From an uncultured Fibrobacter sp. (GTDB lineage Bacteria; Fibrobacterota; Fibrobacteria; Fibrobacterales; Fibrobacteraceae), in NCBI RefSeq assembly GCF_946062555.1, contig NZ_CAMGVQ010000003.1, positions 31,652 through 95,651 of the forward strand: DNA of 64,000 nucleotides, in the 5' to 3' direction. The notes beneath the pieces are model-generated. The model ran no database searches. It was not told the origin of the DNA and worked only from the letters and a program-made list of their open reading frames with translations. Below, piece by piece: positions 16,454 to 25,558 of the stretch (position 1 is the stretch's first letter; every line of letters begins with the position of its first letter). Made by a program: the position numbers and the translations under genes.

Positions 16454-19054
16454 ATGAAATGTTTTGATTGCGGAAAAGAACTGAGGGATGGAGCCAAATT
16501 CTGCTCTGGTTGCGGAAAAGCACAACCGATCGCACAGTCGGCTCCAGCACCGGCAGCAGGCGGAGTTACATGCCCTAAGTGCGGCAATGTCATTACTACA
16601 GGCAAGCCGTTCTGCTCCAAGTGTGGAACCAAGCTGGGAGATGCACCCGCCCCAGAAACTGCCAAGAAAGATTTCTCGCTCCTTGGTTCTTATATCCATT
16701 GGAACATTCTAGATGGCCAGATTGCGGTCAAGATTGACGAAAACGACATTGCCGCCTATGGCAAGGTGAAGGGCCTGAACATTCAGGATGGCGTCAAGGC
16801 CTTGTTCTTTGCCGAAGGAAAGTTCATTGCCGAACTCGGTGGTGGAAGCTACACCTTCAAGGAACTGGGTTCCGATACCATATCTAAGCCGGAACCGCCT
16901 AAGCCAAAGCCGCAACCGGTGGCCAAGGCCCCGGAACCAAAAAAGAAAAGTTTTTTCGGTTTTGTCAGCAACCTTGTGGGTCACCTTACCGGTCATAATC
17001 GTGAACGTGCGCAGGCCGCAGGTTTGACCTCTAGGGTTAGCGCCGATGTGCCGTCGGTATCTATTGTGCTTGTCCGCGATGTAAAGTTCCCGTTGCTGTT
17101 CGACTTTAAGGGAATCAACACCGCCTCGCTCCAGAGCGATGTCGCCCTCCACCTTCTGTGCAAGGTCGTGAACATCAACGAATTCTACAAGAACCAGCTG
17201 CTGGACAAGAAGTTCGTCTGTTATGATGAATTCTCCAAGCAGCTGAACCCGCTAGTGCAAAAGGTGCTGAACAACGCCCTTGCCGGAGTGCGAGCCGACG
17301 AGGTTGCAGGCAATACGGTGCTTTATGCCAATGTGCTTGCCATGTTGAAAACCGTCGTTGCTCAGGTTTATCCGTTTATCGATGTGACCGATGTTCTTGA
17401 CATGAGCGGCAAGCAAGAAGACCTGGACAAGCTCCGCAAGCTCAAGGAAGAACTCTATGTTTCGGAACTTGAGCTGGAACAGGCCACCAAGCGCAACGCC
17501 TTCTTGAACCGTCTCAAGGACGAATCCAACGCCCAGGCGATGCACGAAGCCCGCACGCAGGTGGACTTTGTAGATGCAATGGCGAAGATTGACCAGCAGA
17601 ACGAGCTGAATCAGTTCGAACGCGAAAAATTCGCACTGATGCTGGCCGGCCAAAAGAAGCTGCACGAGGCCAAGAGTGAATCTGAAATGCAGGCCGCTCT
17701 TCAGGATATCAAAAAGAGCGATATGCTACGCGAAGATGAATTTGAAGCGTTGGAACTAAATATTAAGACGCAAAAGATTCTGCGCGAAGCGAGCTCCGAA
17801 GAAAATGTTCAGGCGACGCTCCAGGAATACAAGAAGAACGGGCTTATTCGCGATGACGAAATAGAGACGCTCGAACACAACATCCGCCAGCGTGCCGATT
17901 TGCGGGATTTGAATGACGAGCAGATCCTTGCGATGGCAACCATCCAAAACGAGCAGGCTCAGGAACGCCAGCGGATGCTCTGGGATTTTGAGGTAGGCAC
18001 AAAGCGCCTCGAAAATGAGTTGCAGTTGCGTCGGATGCAGGATTCTTACGACGACGAACGTCGTGAAAAGGATGCCGCATTTAACGATAGTCGTCGTGAA
18101 GCGGATCTGGATTTCAACACCCGTAGTCGCAAGGCAAACATTGACCTTGATAAAGAAGAACAGCTTTCTCAGCTTGATATCTTGAAGCAGGCACAGGCAA
18201 TTCGCCAAGAGCGCGAAGATACCGAACACCGGCGCCAAGAAGAAGCTTTGGCCTCTGCTCGCCAACACGAAGCCCAAATGACGGGCCTCGACATGCAACG
18301 CGAAGCTCAGGAGCAGAGACACGAAGAGGAAATGCGCCGCATGTTCCAGACTATGTCGGTGGAGCAGATTATGGCGGCAAACCCCGACTTGTCTCCGGCT
18401 GCCGCTGAAGCCATGAAGGCGAAGTATGCTGCCGAAGCTGCTGCCAACGCCGAAAAATACAAGGCCGAGGCCGCCATGGCGCAAAACGGTCAGCTCGAGG
18501 CAAAGAACCAACAGATGTTTGCCATGATGCAGCAGATGATGGCAAGCAAGGATGCAGACCGTTCTGCAGAAATGGAACACATGATGCAGATGTCCGGTAT
18601 GAACAATGCCAATACGCAGCAGATGATGCAGATGTTTGCTCAGATGGGTATGACCGGAATGCAGGCTGCCGCTGGAGCCAATGCCGCAGCAGCCCAGGCA
18701 AAATTGCAAGGCCAGGCAGACTTGACTGCCGCCTACAAGCAGCAGACCGCAGAAACCCGCGTCGATGCCAATGCGGCACAGGATCGTTTTTTGCATGGTA
18801 TGCAGACAACTATCGGTGCCGTAGGCGGTGCCATGCAGCAACCACAGCAGGTTTACATGCAGCAACCCGCAGCAGCTTCCCCGCAGCCGGTTCCACCGCA
18901 GTTCACCCAGGGGCCCGTGCCTCCTCAGGCCCCTGCAGCGCCGGAACAAAAGTCAATGCCGCAGGTGGCCGCTACAGAAAGGCGTTGCCCCCAATGTGGA
19001 GCCGTTCTAGAAGAAGGTGCCGGATTCTGCGATGAGTGCGGTGCAAGCGTTTGA
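16454..19054 (+). CDS. Zinc ribbons plus an SPFH-like (COG4260/YdjI-like) domain, a long coiled coil, a Met/Gln/Ala-rich region and a C-terminal zinc ribbon
   Basis: The N-terminus has CFDCGKELRDGAKFCSGCGK and CPKCGNVITTGKPFCSKCGTKL. It continues WNILDGQIAVKI...IQDGVKALFFAEGKFIAELGGGSYTF...SIVLVRDVKFPLLFDF (SPFH-like). The C-terminus has CPQCGAVLEEGAGFCDECGASV. Confidence 0.55.
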   Translation: MKCFDCGKELRDGAKFCSGCGKAQPIAQSAPAPAAGGVTCPKCGNVITTGKPFCSKCGTKLGDAPAPETAKKDFSLLGSYIHWNILDGQIAVKIDENDIAAYGKVKGLNIQDGVKALFFAEGKFIAELGGGSYTFKELGSDTISKPEPPKPKPQPVAKAPEPKKKSFFGFVSNLVGHLTGHNRERAQAAGLTSRVSADVPSVSIVLVRDVKFPLLFDFKGINTASLQSDVALHLLCKVVNINEFYKNQLLDKKFVCYDEFSKQLNPLVQKVLNNALAGVRADEVAGNTVLYANVLAMLKTVVAQVYPFIDVTDVLDMSGKQEDLDKLRKLKEELYVSELELEQATKRNAFLNRLKDESNAQAMHEARTQVDFVDAMAKIDQQNELNQFEREKFALMLAGQKKLHEAKSESEMQAALQDIKKSDMLREDEFEALELNIKTQKILREASSEENVQATLQEYKKNGLIRDDEIETLEHNIRQRADLRDLNDEQILAMATIQNEQAQERQRMLWDFEVGTKRLENELQLRRMQDSYDDERREKDAAFNDSRREADLDFNTRSRKANIDLDKEEQLSQLDILKQAQAIRQEREDTEHRRQEEALASARQHEAQMTGLDMQREAQEQRHEEEMRRMFQTMSVEQIMAANPDLSPAAAEAMKAKYAAEAAANAEKYKAEAAMAQNGQLEAKNQQMFAMMQQMMASKDADRSAEMEHMMQMSGMNNANTQQMMQMFAQMGMTGMQAAAGANAAAAQAKLQGQADLTAAYKQQTAETRVDANAAQDRFLHGMQTTIGAVGGAMQQPQQVYMQQPAAASPQPVPPQFTQGPVPPQAPAAPEQKSMPQVAATERRCPQCGAVLEEGAGFCDECGASV

Positions 19055-19071
19055 TTTTTAATGGAGAAAAT

Positions 19072-20664
19072 ATGTCAAAGTGCTTAAATTGTGGCAGTGA
19101 AGTAGAAATCGGTGCAAAATTCTGTGCGGAATGTGGAGCTCCCGTTCCAAAGCAGACGGAATCCGAAGGCTTTTCAATAGGTGACAAGAATGTCATTGCA
19201 GGCGATGTGCATAACGTAAAGAACGTTAACACCGTCAACAATGTCTCTAATACCGTTATTGACGAAACAAAGAAGGTCGTGCTTTGTGCCGTTTGCGGAA
19301 AGCATACGGCAAATGTTGATGCCCATCGATGCCCTTCATGTGGGCAGATGGTGTGCGAGACCCACTTCGACGCCCAAAGAAACCTCTGTCGTTCTTGTCT
19401 GGGCGAAATCCACCAGCAGGCAGTAAGCAAGTATCGTGCGCTACTAGCGGAGGTGTATGCCGATGGCAAGATTACCGCCGACGAACGTGCCCAACTCGAA
19501 ACGATGCAAAAGAACCTTGGCATTAATGCCGAAGAGGCTGCCGCCTTGGAAAAAGAATTCCACAGGCAGAACCTTAACCTGACGGTGTCGGAAAAGGTCG
19601 CCATGGAAGATGCTGCGGCCTTGCTTTTGCAGAATAATATCGATGATGCATATCTGAAGGTTTCGAGGATTTACCTGAATCACCCGAAAGAAGAAATAGT
19701 GTTGTCGCTTTATCTGCGGATTCTTAAGCGCTACGATCCCAAAGAAGCGCTAAAAATTATTGACGGCCTGAATGTCGACTTTAGAGAATCCTACCTGGCC
19801 GCCATCGATATCTTTTTACAAGATGGATTGCTGGACGAGGCGGAACGCCGAATCAACATGGCTAAGCAGATTTGGCCGAGTGACCTGCTAATCCGTTGTG
19901 CCGAAATTCGGCACCTTTGCGCCCTGGCCTACAAAACCGGCAAGCCAGAATTGCTGAACGGTGTCGAGGATATTTTTAATTCTATCCCCCAACCGTGCAA
20001 TGATTACGAAAAAGGCGCCCTGCTTTGCGCAAAGGCTATGTTCAATGCGGCAAGCGAAAACTCGTCAGATGCAATCGACAATTTGCAGACATCGCCTTAT
20101 TGGGTTGAAACAGCTAAGGACTTGTTCGCCCTTTCTCCCGAAGAGCGCGAGCGGCTTGAACGGGAACGCCTTGAAAAGGAACGGCTTGAACGTCTTGAAC
20201 AGGAGCGACTTGAAAAAGAGCGCACTGAACGGGAGCGCGAAGAACAGGAACGCAAACGCCAGGAAGAGGAACGGCTTAAACAAGAAAAAGCTGAGGCCGA
20301 AGAGCGGGAGCTGCGAGAACGTGAAAGAGCACTCCAAGAAAAGAAAGCCAAGATGGAAGAACAGCGCCGGGCCCTGGAAATCGAAAATCGGCTACGTAGC
20401 GAAAGAGAAAAACAGGATCTCATGACCGAGCTTTTGCGGCAAAGAACGCCCGAAGCCAATACCAGTAGCAAGAACAAAATGGTGGCATTGATGTTGTCAG
20501 TATTTTTAGGATGGATTGGTATTGACAGGTTCTATTTGGGCTACGCCGGTTCTGGCATTGCCAAAATGTGCACTTTTGGCGGACTGGGAATCTGGTGGCT
20601 CATTGATATTCTGCTCATTGCTGCAGGTTCCTTAAAGCCTAGTGATGGAAATTGGTCAAATTAA
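19072..20664 (+). CDS. Zinc ribbon, a second Cys cluster, a helical/TPR-like region, a highly charged ERLE coiled coil and a C-terminal TM2 membrane domain
   Basis: A GGAG RBS precedes the start. Contains CLNCGSEVEIGAKFCAECGAPV, then CAVCGK...CPSCGQMVCETH...CRSC, then a YADGKITADERAQLETMQKNLGI (TerB/DjlA-like) motif. The C-terminus ALMLSVFLGWIGIDRFYLGYAGSGIAKMCTFGGLGIWWLIDILLIAAG matches the TM2 pattern. Confidence 0.65.
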   Translation: MSKCLNCGSEVEIGAKFCAECGAPVPKQTESEGFSIGDKNVIAGDVHNVKNVNTVNNVSNTVIDETKKVVLCAVCGKHTANVDAHRCPSCGQMVCETHFDAQRNLCRSCLGEIHQQAVSKYRALLAEVYADGKITADERAQLETMQKNLGINAEEAAALEKEFHRQNLNLTVSEKVAMEDAAALLLQNNIDDAYLKVSRIYLNHPKEEIVLSLYLRILKRYDPKEALKIIDGLNVDFRESYLAAIDIFLQDGLLDEAERRINMAKQIWPSDLLIRCAEIRHLCALAYKTGKPELLNGVEDIFNSIPQPCNDYEKGALLCAKAMFNAASENSSDAIDNLQTSPYWVETAKDLFALSPEERERLERERLEKERLERLEQERLEKERTEREREEQERKRQEEERLKQEKAEAEERELRERERALQEKKAKMEEQRRALEIENRLRSEREKQDLMTELLRQRTPEANTSSKNKMVALMLSVFLGWIGIDRFYLGYAGSGIAKMCTFGGLGIWWLIDILLIAAGSLKPSDGNWSN

Positions 20665-20690
20665 TTAACAAAAAAATTATGGAGCACAAT

Positions 20691-21434
20691 ATGACTGACG
20701 AAGTAAAGAAAAGGATTCTCGCCGAAGAAGAGGCTTTGCTTAAGCAAGAAGAGGCTCTTTTGAAGCAGCAGGAACTGGAATTGAGAAAAACTCAAGAACT
20801 TAAGGACCAGGCTCGCTTGGAGCGTGAGCGAATTCTTGAGCAACAAAAAGCCGAAAAAATGGAAAAGGCAAAAAAAAGAAAAAAAAAGTGGATAATAGGA
20901 TTGGCAATATTCTTTGGCCTAGGTATTATCGGTCAGTTCATGCCGGATAAACATTCGGCGGCCCATGCAGATTTTGAAAAGAATCGTGAAGCCCTGCAAA
21001 AGGAGCTGAGTGAAATGCAGAAAAAGATTCAGGGCTCTGTCAAGGCGATGAATCTGGAATCTGTAGATATCGAAGATCGCGGTGGATTATTGATTCTTTC
21101 TCTCAAGGATAACTTGTTCGCAGTCGGCTCTGCCGATGTAGGGACAGACCTGAAAATTAATCTTGCAAAGATTGCAGGTATCCTCCTGTCTAACAAAGAT
21201 GTAAACATTGATGTCCAAGGACACACCGACAATACCGGCGATTCCACGATGAACCAGAAGCTTTCGGAGCTGAGAGCCATGAATGTGGTGTCGGTTCTCG
21301 TTGAACAGGGTGTCGACAAAAACCGCCTGACATTTAGGGGTCTTGGGCAGACTCAGCCGATAGCAGACAACTCAACAGAAGACGGTCGCAAAAAGAACCG
21401 TCGTGTTGATTTGGTGATTGTTGATAAAAAATAA
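20691..21434 (+). CDS. Coiled coil, TM segment and OmpA/MotB-like peptidoglycan-binding domain
   Basis: A GGAG RBS lies 7 nt before the ATG at 20691. TM segment WIIGLAIFFGLGIIGQF. The C-terminus has DVQGHTDNTGDSTMNQKLSELRAMNVVSVLVEQGV...NRRVDLVIV. Confidence 0.7.
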   Translation: MTDEVKKRILAEEEALLKQEEALLKQQELELRKTQELKDQARLERERILEQQKAEKMEKAKKRKKKWIIGLAIFFGLGIIGQFMPDKHSAAHADFEKNREALQKELSEMQKKIQGSVKAMNLESVDIEDRGGLLILSLKDNLFAVGSADVGTDLKINLAKIAGILLSNKDVNIDVQGHTDNTGDSTMNQKLSELRAMNVVSVLVEQGVDKNRLTFRGLGQTQPIADNSTEDGRKKNRRVDLVIVDKK

Positions 21435-21453
21435 TTGATATGAAATAAGATCT

Positions 21454-21531
21454 AATTATTACCGTGAATGTGGAACCTAGTTAGAACCTGGTGACACATT
21501 CTGCGGTAATTGCGGCGCTAAAATCAAATAA
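21454..21531 (+). pseudogene. Relic zinc-ribbon mini-ORF with an in-frame stop
   Basis: Reads NYYRECGT*LEPGDTFCGNCGAKIK*. It follows the same C..CG-x9-FC..CG pattern as the operon proteins, but the first Cys is Tyr and a TAG lies at 21478-21480. Confidence 0.5.
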
Positions 21532-21551
21532 TTTTCTAAAGGCGGCTCACT

Positions 21552-23753
21552 ATGACAAAATCTCAACATAATGACGAGAAAAAGCTCTTTACCAAGTCGG
21601 CGTTTAAGATTGCGACACACTGTCCGATGCAAGCTTACTACTACCGTAATCCTGATGACTATGAAAACCAGTCCGCGACGGACGAGTTCCTGAAATCCAT
21701 GGCCGAGGGTGGTTTCCAGGTCGGCGAACTGGCGAAAATCTATGGCGAGGTTCCGCCGGAGAACGACCTGGAGGGCTGTTTTGGTTACGACGAGCCCATT
21801 AAGCGTACCCGCGAACTCTTCGAGCAGGAAAATGTGAATATTGCAGAAGCCGCGTTCCGTTGCGGAGACTGCTTTGTCCGCGCCGACGTGGTGAAGAAGA
21901 AGGGCGATTTTATTGACCTGATAGAGGTAAAGGCGAAAAGTTGGGACCCGAATAATCCATTTGTGAATACGCCGACTAGAGGGGCCAATGCCGGAAAGAA
22001 TGTCGTGAATTCAGGAATTCGCGACTACCTCTACGATGTAGCCTTCCAAAAGTGGGTTGTCGAGAATGCACTGAAGATTGATTACCCTAACAAGACGTTT
22101 ACAGTGCGCGCCTACCTGATGATGGCGGACAAGAGTAAGGTGAATACTATCCCGCGACTGAACAGCCTTTTCCGCATCAAGAAGAGCGTGGGGAGCGATG
22201 GCGAAAAACGCGCCCATGCCGAGGTCGCGCCCGAAGCCATCGAGATACTGAAGAATCCACACGAGCAAGTCCTGACACCATTCTATGTCGATGACGAATG
22301 CAAATTGATTATCGAAGGCAAGACTGCCGAACAGGCGGATGTGTTGGGCATGCCATTCGTCCCGTTTATTGAAGAAAAATCAAAGTGGTTCGTGAACAAC
22401 GAGAAGCATTATTGCCTTCTGGGCAGCAAATGTTTCAAGTGCCCCTTCCAGCTTTCGGAAGAAGGCAAGGCCAAGGACTTGAAAAGCGGTTACGAGGAAT
22501 GCTGGCGCAATACTGCCGGATTCAAGGACGAAGATTTCGAAAAACCGTTGCTTAAGGAATTGAACGGGACCGGTATAAAGAGAGATGACTGGATCCGCGC
22601 AGGAATTTATTTTATAAAGGACGTTACGGAAGCGGTGTATCCCCGCAAAAATGACGGAACGGGAGCAGGGTGGACTATCAATGAACGCAAGTGGGTCCAG
22701 ATTGACAGAACGAATGACGGTAGCAAGGAACCCGTTATCCTGAGAGATGAGCTCCGTGCCGAGATGGCAACGTGGAAGTTCCCGTTTCACATGATTGACT
22801 TCGAGACGACGAACTCCGCTTTGCCCTACTTTGAAAAACAGCGCCCTTATGAACAGGTTGCGTTCCAGTTCTCGCACCACGTAATTTATGAGGACGGCCG
22901 CATTGAGCACAAGGGACAGTTCCTAGAAACCCGCCCGGGATATTTCCCGAACTTTGACTTTGTCCGTGAGTTGAGAGACCAACTGGGGGAAGACGAAGGT
23001 TCGGTGTTCCGCTATTCGCCTCACGAAAACAACATATTGAATGCGATTCGCGAACAACTTATTGCGTCAAAGGAACCTGACAAAGCCGAACTGGTTGAGT
23101 TTATCGAAAGTATTACGCATCGGGGCAAGAAGAAAAAAGACGGCCATTACGAACACGAAGGCGAGCGCGACATGATTGACCTCTGCGAAATCGTCAAGCG
23201 GTTTTACTGGCACCCGATTATGAAGGGCTCGAATTCTATCAAGCAGGTGTTGCCCGCCGTGCTCAACAGCGGAACCTACTTGCAGGAAAAATACGGCAAG
23301 CCCATATACGGTAGCGAAATCAAGAGCTGCAACTATACGGCGGAATCTCCGCTTACGCTGATTGTCAAGAACGAATCCGGCGAAGTCCAGAACCCGTACA
23401 AGGCATTACCGCAGCTTAAAGAAATCCAGGACGAACTCATCGGGGAAATCGCTGCGCAGGGCCTCTGGAGCAAGGAGGAACTGGAGCAATACGCGCAAAG
23501 CGCATCTGCCGACGAGATGGACGCCGATGAGGATACCCGTATCAACAATGGCGGCCTACCGCTGGTACTGTTCCGCAGCTTCCAGGCGCTTGACCCGAGC
23601 GTGGACTGGGAAAAAGCTATTACAGCGGCGAACCCGTCCGCGGATGCCATCAAGTACAATGCACTCCGCAAAGGCCTGCTCAAGTACTGCGAACTCGACA
23701 CCATGTCCATGGTGCTAATCTGGGAATATTTTAACAACGCCGTAAACGGCTAA
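21552..23753 (+). CDS. DUF2779-type protein: an N-terminal PD-(D/E)XK-like nuclease fold plus a central DEDD-like IDFET motif
   Basis: Contains FVRADVVKKKGDFIDLIEVKAKS (D...ExK) and FPFHMIDFETTNSALPYFEKQRPYEQVAFQFSHH, which is typical of DUF2779 as I remember it. Confidence 0.55.
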   Translation: MTKSQHNDEKKLFTKSAFKIATHCPMQAYYYRNPDDYENQSATDEFLKSMAEGGFQVGELAKIYGEVPPENDLEGCFGYDEPIKRTRELFEQENVNIAEAAFRCGDCFVRADVVKKKGDFIDLIEVKAKSWDPNNPFVNTPTRGANAGKNVVNSGIRDYLYDVAFQKWVVENALKIDYPNKTFTVRAYLMMADKSKVNTIPRLNSLFRIKKSVGSDGEKRAHAEVAPEAIEILKNPHEQVLTPFYVDDECKLIIEGKTAEQADVLGMPFVPFIEEKSKWFVNNEKHYCLLGSKCFKCPFQLSEEGKAKDLKSGYEECWRNTAGFKDEDFEKPLLKELNGTGIKRDDWIRAGIYFIKDVTEAVYPRKNDGTGAGWTINERKWVQIDRTNDGSKEPVILRDELRAEMATWKFPFHMIDFETTNSALPYFEKQRPYEQVAFQFSHHVIYEDGRIEHKGQFLETRPGYFPNFDFVRELRDQLGEDEGSVFRYSPHENNILNAIREQLIASKEPDKAELVEFIESITHRGKKKKDGHYEHEGERDMIDLCEIVKRFYWHPIMKGSNSIKQVLPAVLNSGTYLQEKYGKPIYGSEIKSCNYTAESPLTLIVKNESGEVQNPYKALPQLKEIQDELIGEIAAQGLWSKEELEQYAQSASADEMDADEDTRINNGGLPLVLFRSFQALDPSVDWEKAITAANPSADAIKYNALRKGLLKYCELDTMSMVLIWEYFNNAVNG

Positions 23754-23793
23754 GAATAAATTTAAACGTGCAAAGCACAAAGGAAAATGAAAG

Positions 23794-25540
23794 ATGGAAG
23801 AAAATAAGGAACCTTCTTTGGAAGAAAAATTAATACAGATATACGAAACATTAGAAGATAAAAGTAAATGTACTTGGTGGTCTGAAAAGAGTGAGTGGGA
23901 AGACGTCGAAGATGAGATTAAAAATAATTTAATCGATTTCAAGGACAAATGGTTGGATGACAAATATCTTTTGAAGGAAAAGGCTTTTGCTGAAATAAAA
24001 AATTATTATAAAGATCTGCCAAACTCTATTGAAAAAATCCCTATTGGTAGTGCTGGCTTAAAAGGTTTGCAAATTGGTTTTTACTTCGGGAATGATAATA
24101 CGTTGACGGATGAAACCATAAAAAATAAATTTGAAACAGTTTGTGCGGCGAAAAGAACTGTGTTAAATAGTTGCCTAAATGCAGGTACATCCGCAGATCT
24201 TTCTAAAAAGAATGATTTTTCTGCTTGGGCTTTTCTGATGAAACTTTTGGTTTGTGTGAACTATAAAAAAGCCATTGATAAACCAGACAACAATAAATAT
24301 GGCTATTTCTTTTATTATAAAAAAGCTGAGATAACCAAAATGTATAAGCATTTTGTTAACGAAGGCGAAACGGACTTCGTAAAACAAAATGCTGCTATTT
24401 TTAGTAAGGGATGCAAGATACTTTCTAATGCGAATATAACAACGGAACCTAATCCTGAAGGGGATTTAAAAGATGCATTAAAATTATCTGTCGCCCTAGT
24501 TTACTTACTCAAAGCACCTGATTTTGATGAACTTTCTGAAAAATCACCCAATGTTATTTATTATGGTGCGCCAGGTACTGGAAAAACACACGCTGTAAAG
24601 AATATAATTGATTTAGTGTGTCAAGGTGATTCAAACCGTTATGTATGGACACAGTTTCATCCTAACTTTTCCTATGAAGATTTTATTGATGGAATAAAGC
24701 CCGTTGGAATCACCAATGGAAACGTAAAGCTAGAGTTGCTAAATGGTTTATTTAAGGATTTGTGTATTCGTGCAAAAAAATGATATTAAACATGAATACT
24801 ACTTTATTGCTGATGAGATAAACCGAGCCAATCTATCAGCCGTATTTGGAGAAACACTATCGCTGCTAGAGGCGAGTTATCGAGACGATCCTGAAAAAGA
24901 TAATAGGAATAATTTAATAAAGACTCAATATTCAAAAGTTGAATCAAAATTGATTGAGGATAAAATTATTGATGAGAAAAGCGCCTATGAATACGATGAA
25001 GAACAGGGCTCCAGGTTCGGTATTCCTAAAAACATTCGCTTTATAGGCATGATGAATGATGTGGACAAAAGTATTGATGCTTTTGACTTGGCTTTGCGGC
25101 GTCGATTCAAATGGATAAGAAAAGATTGTGATTATAATGTTATTAAAGAAACTGTAAAAGACAAAATAGGCAATATAGACGAGTCATCTCTTGAAAATTA
25201 TATCAAGTCGTGCAAATTGTTGAATAATTTCATTTCTGTAAAGGAAAATGGATTGAAACTCGGAAAGTCCTATGAGTTTGGTCATTCGTTCTTTATGAAA
25301 ATAAGTGACATTGTAGAAAATAACAAAAATGATGACGCTAACAAAATAACAGATAACAATAAAAAGACTTTATTTGATAATTACCTTTCTCCAACTTTAA
25401 AGGAGTATCTGCGAAGTTCTTGTTCAGAAGAAGAAATAGATGCCAAGCATAAAAAGGCTAAAGAAGCGTTTGTAAAAGAGCAAGAGAAACCAGGTGGAAA
25501 AGCTAAACCAATGAATCCTAGCGTCCCACAAGCAACGTAA
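23794..25540 (+). pseudogene. mcrB: McrB-like AAA+ GTPase with an unrecognised N-terminal domain, split by a +1 frameshift in an A7 tract
   Basis: ORF 23794-24783 carries Walker A YYGAPGTGKTH. ORF 24743-25540 carries YYFIADEINRAN and IGMMNDVDKSIDAFDLALRRRF. The two frames meet at gcAAAAAAAtga (24774-24780). Removing one A gives ...LCIRAKNDIKHEYYFIADE. Confidence 0.7.
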
Positions 25541-25558
25541 TATGGATGATTTTTATTA

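Noticed and set aside
20140-20430. A DNA-level tandem repeat in the GAACGG/CTTGAA-rich stretch.
   Set aside because: The periodicity is imperfect and is explained by codon usage for an ERLE-type charged coiled coil within an intact ORF.
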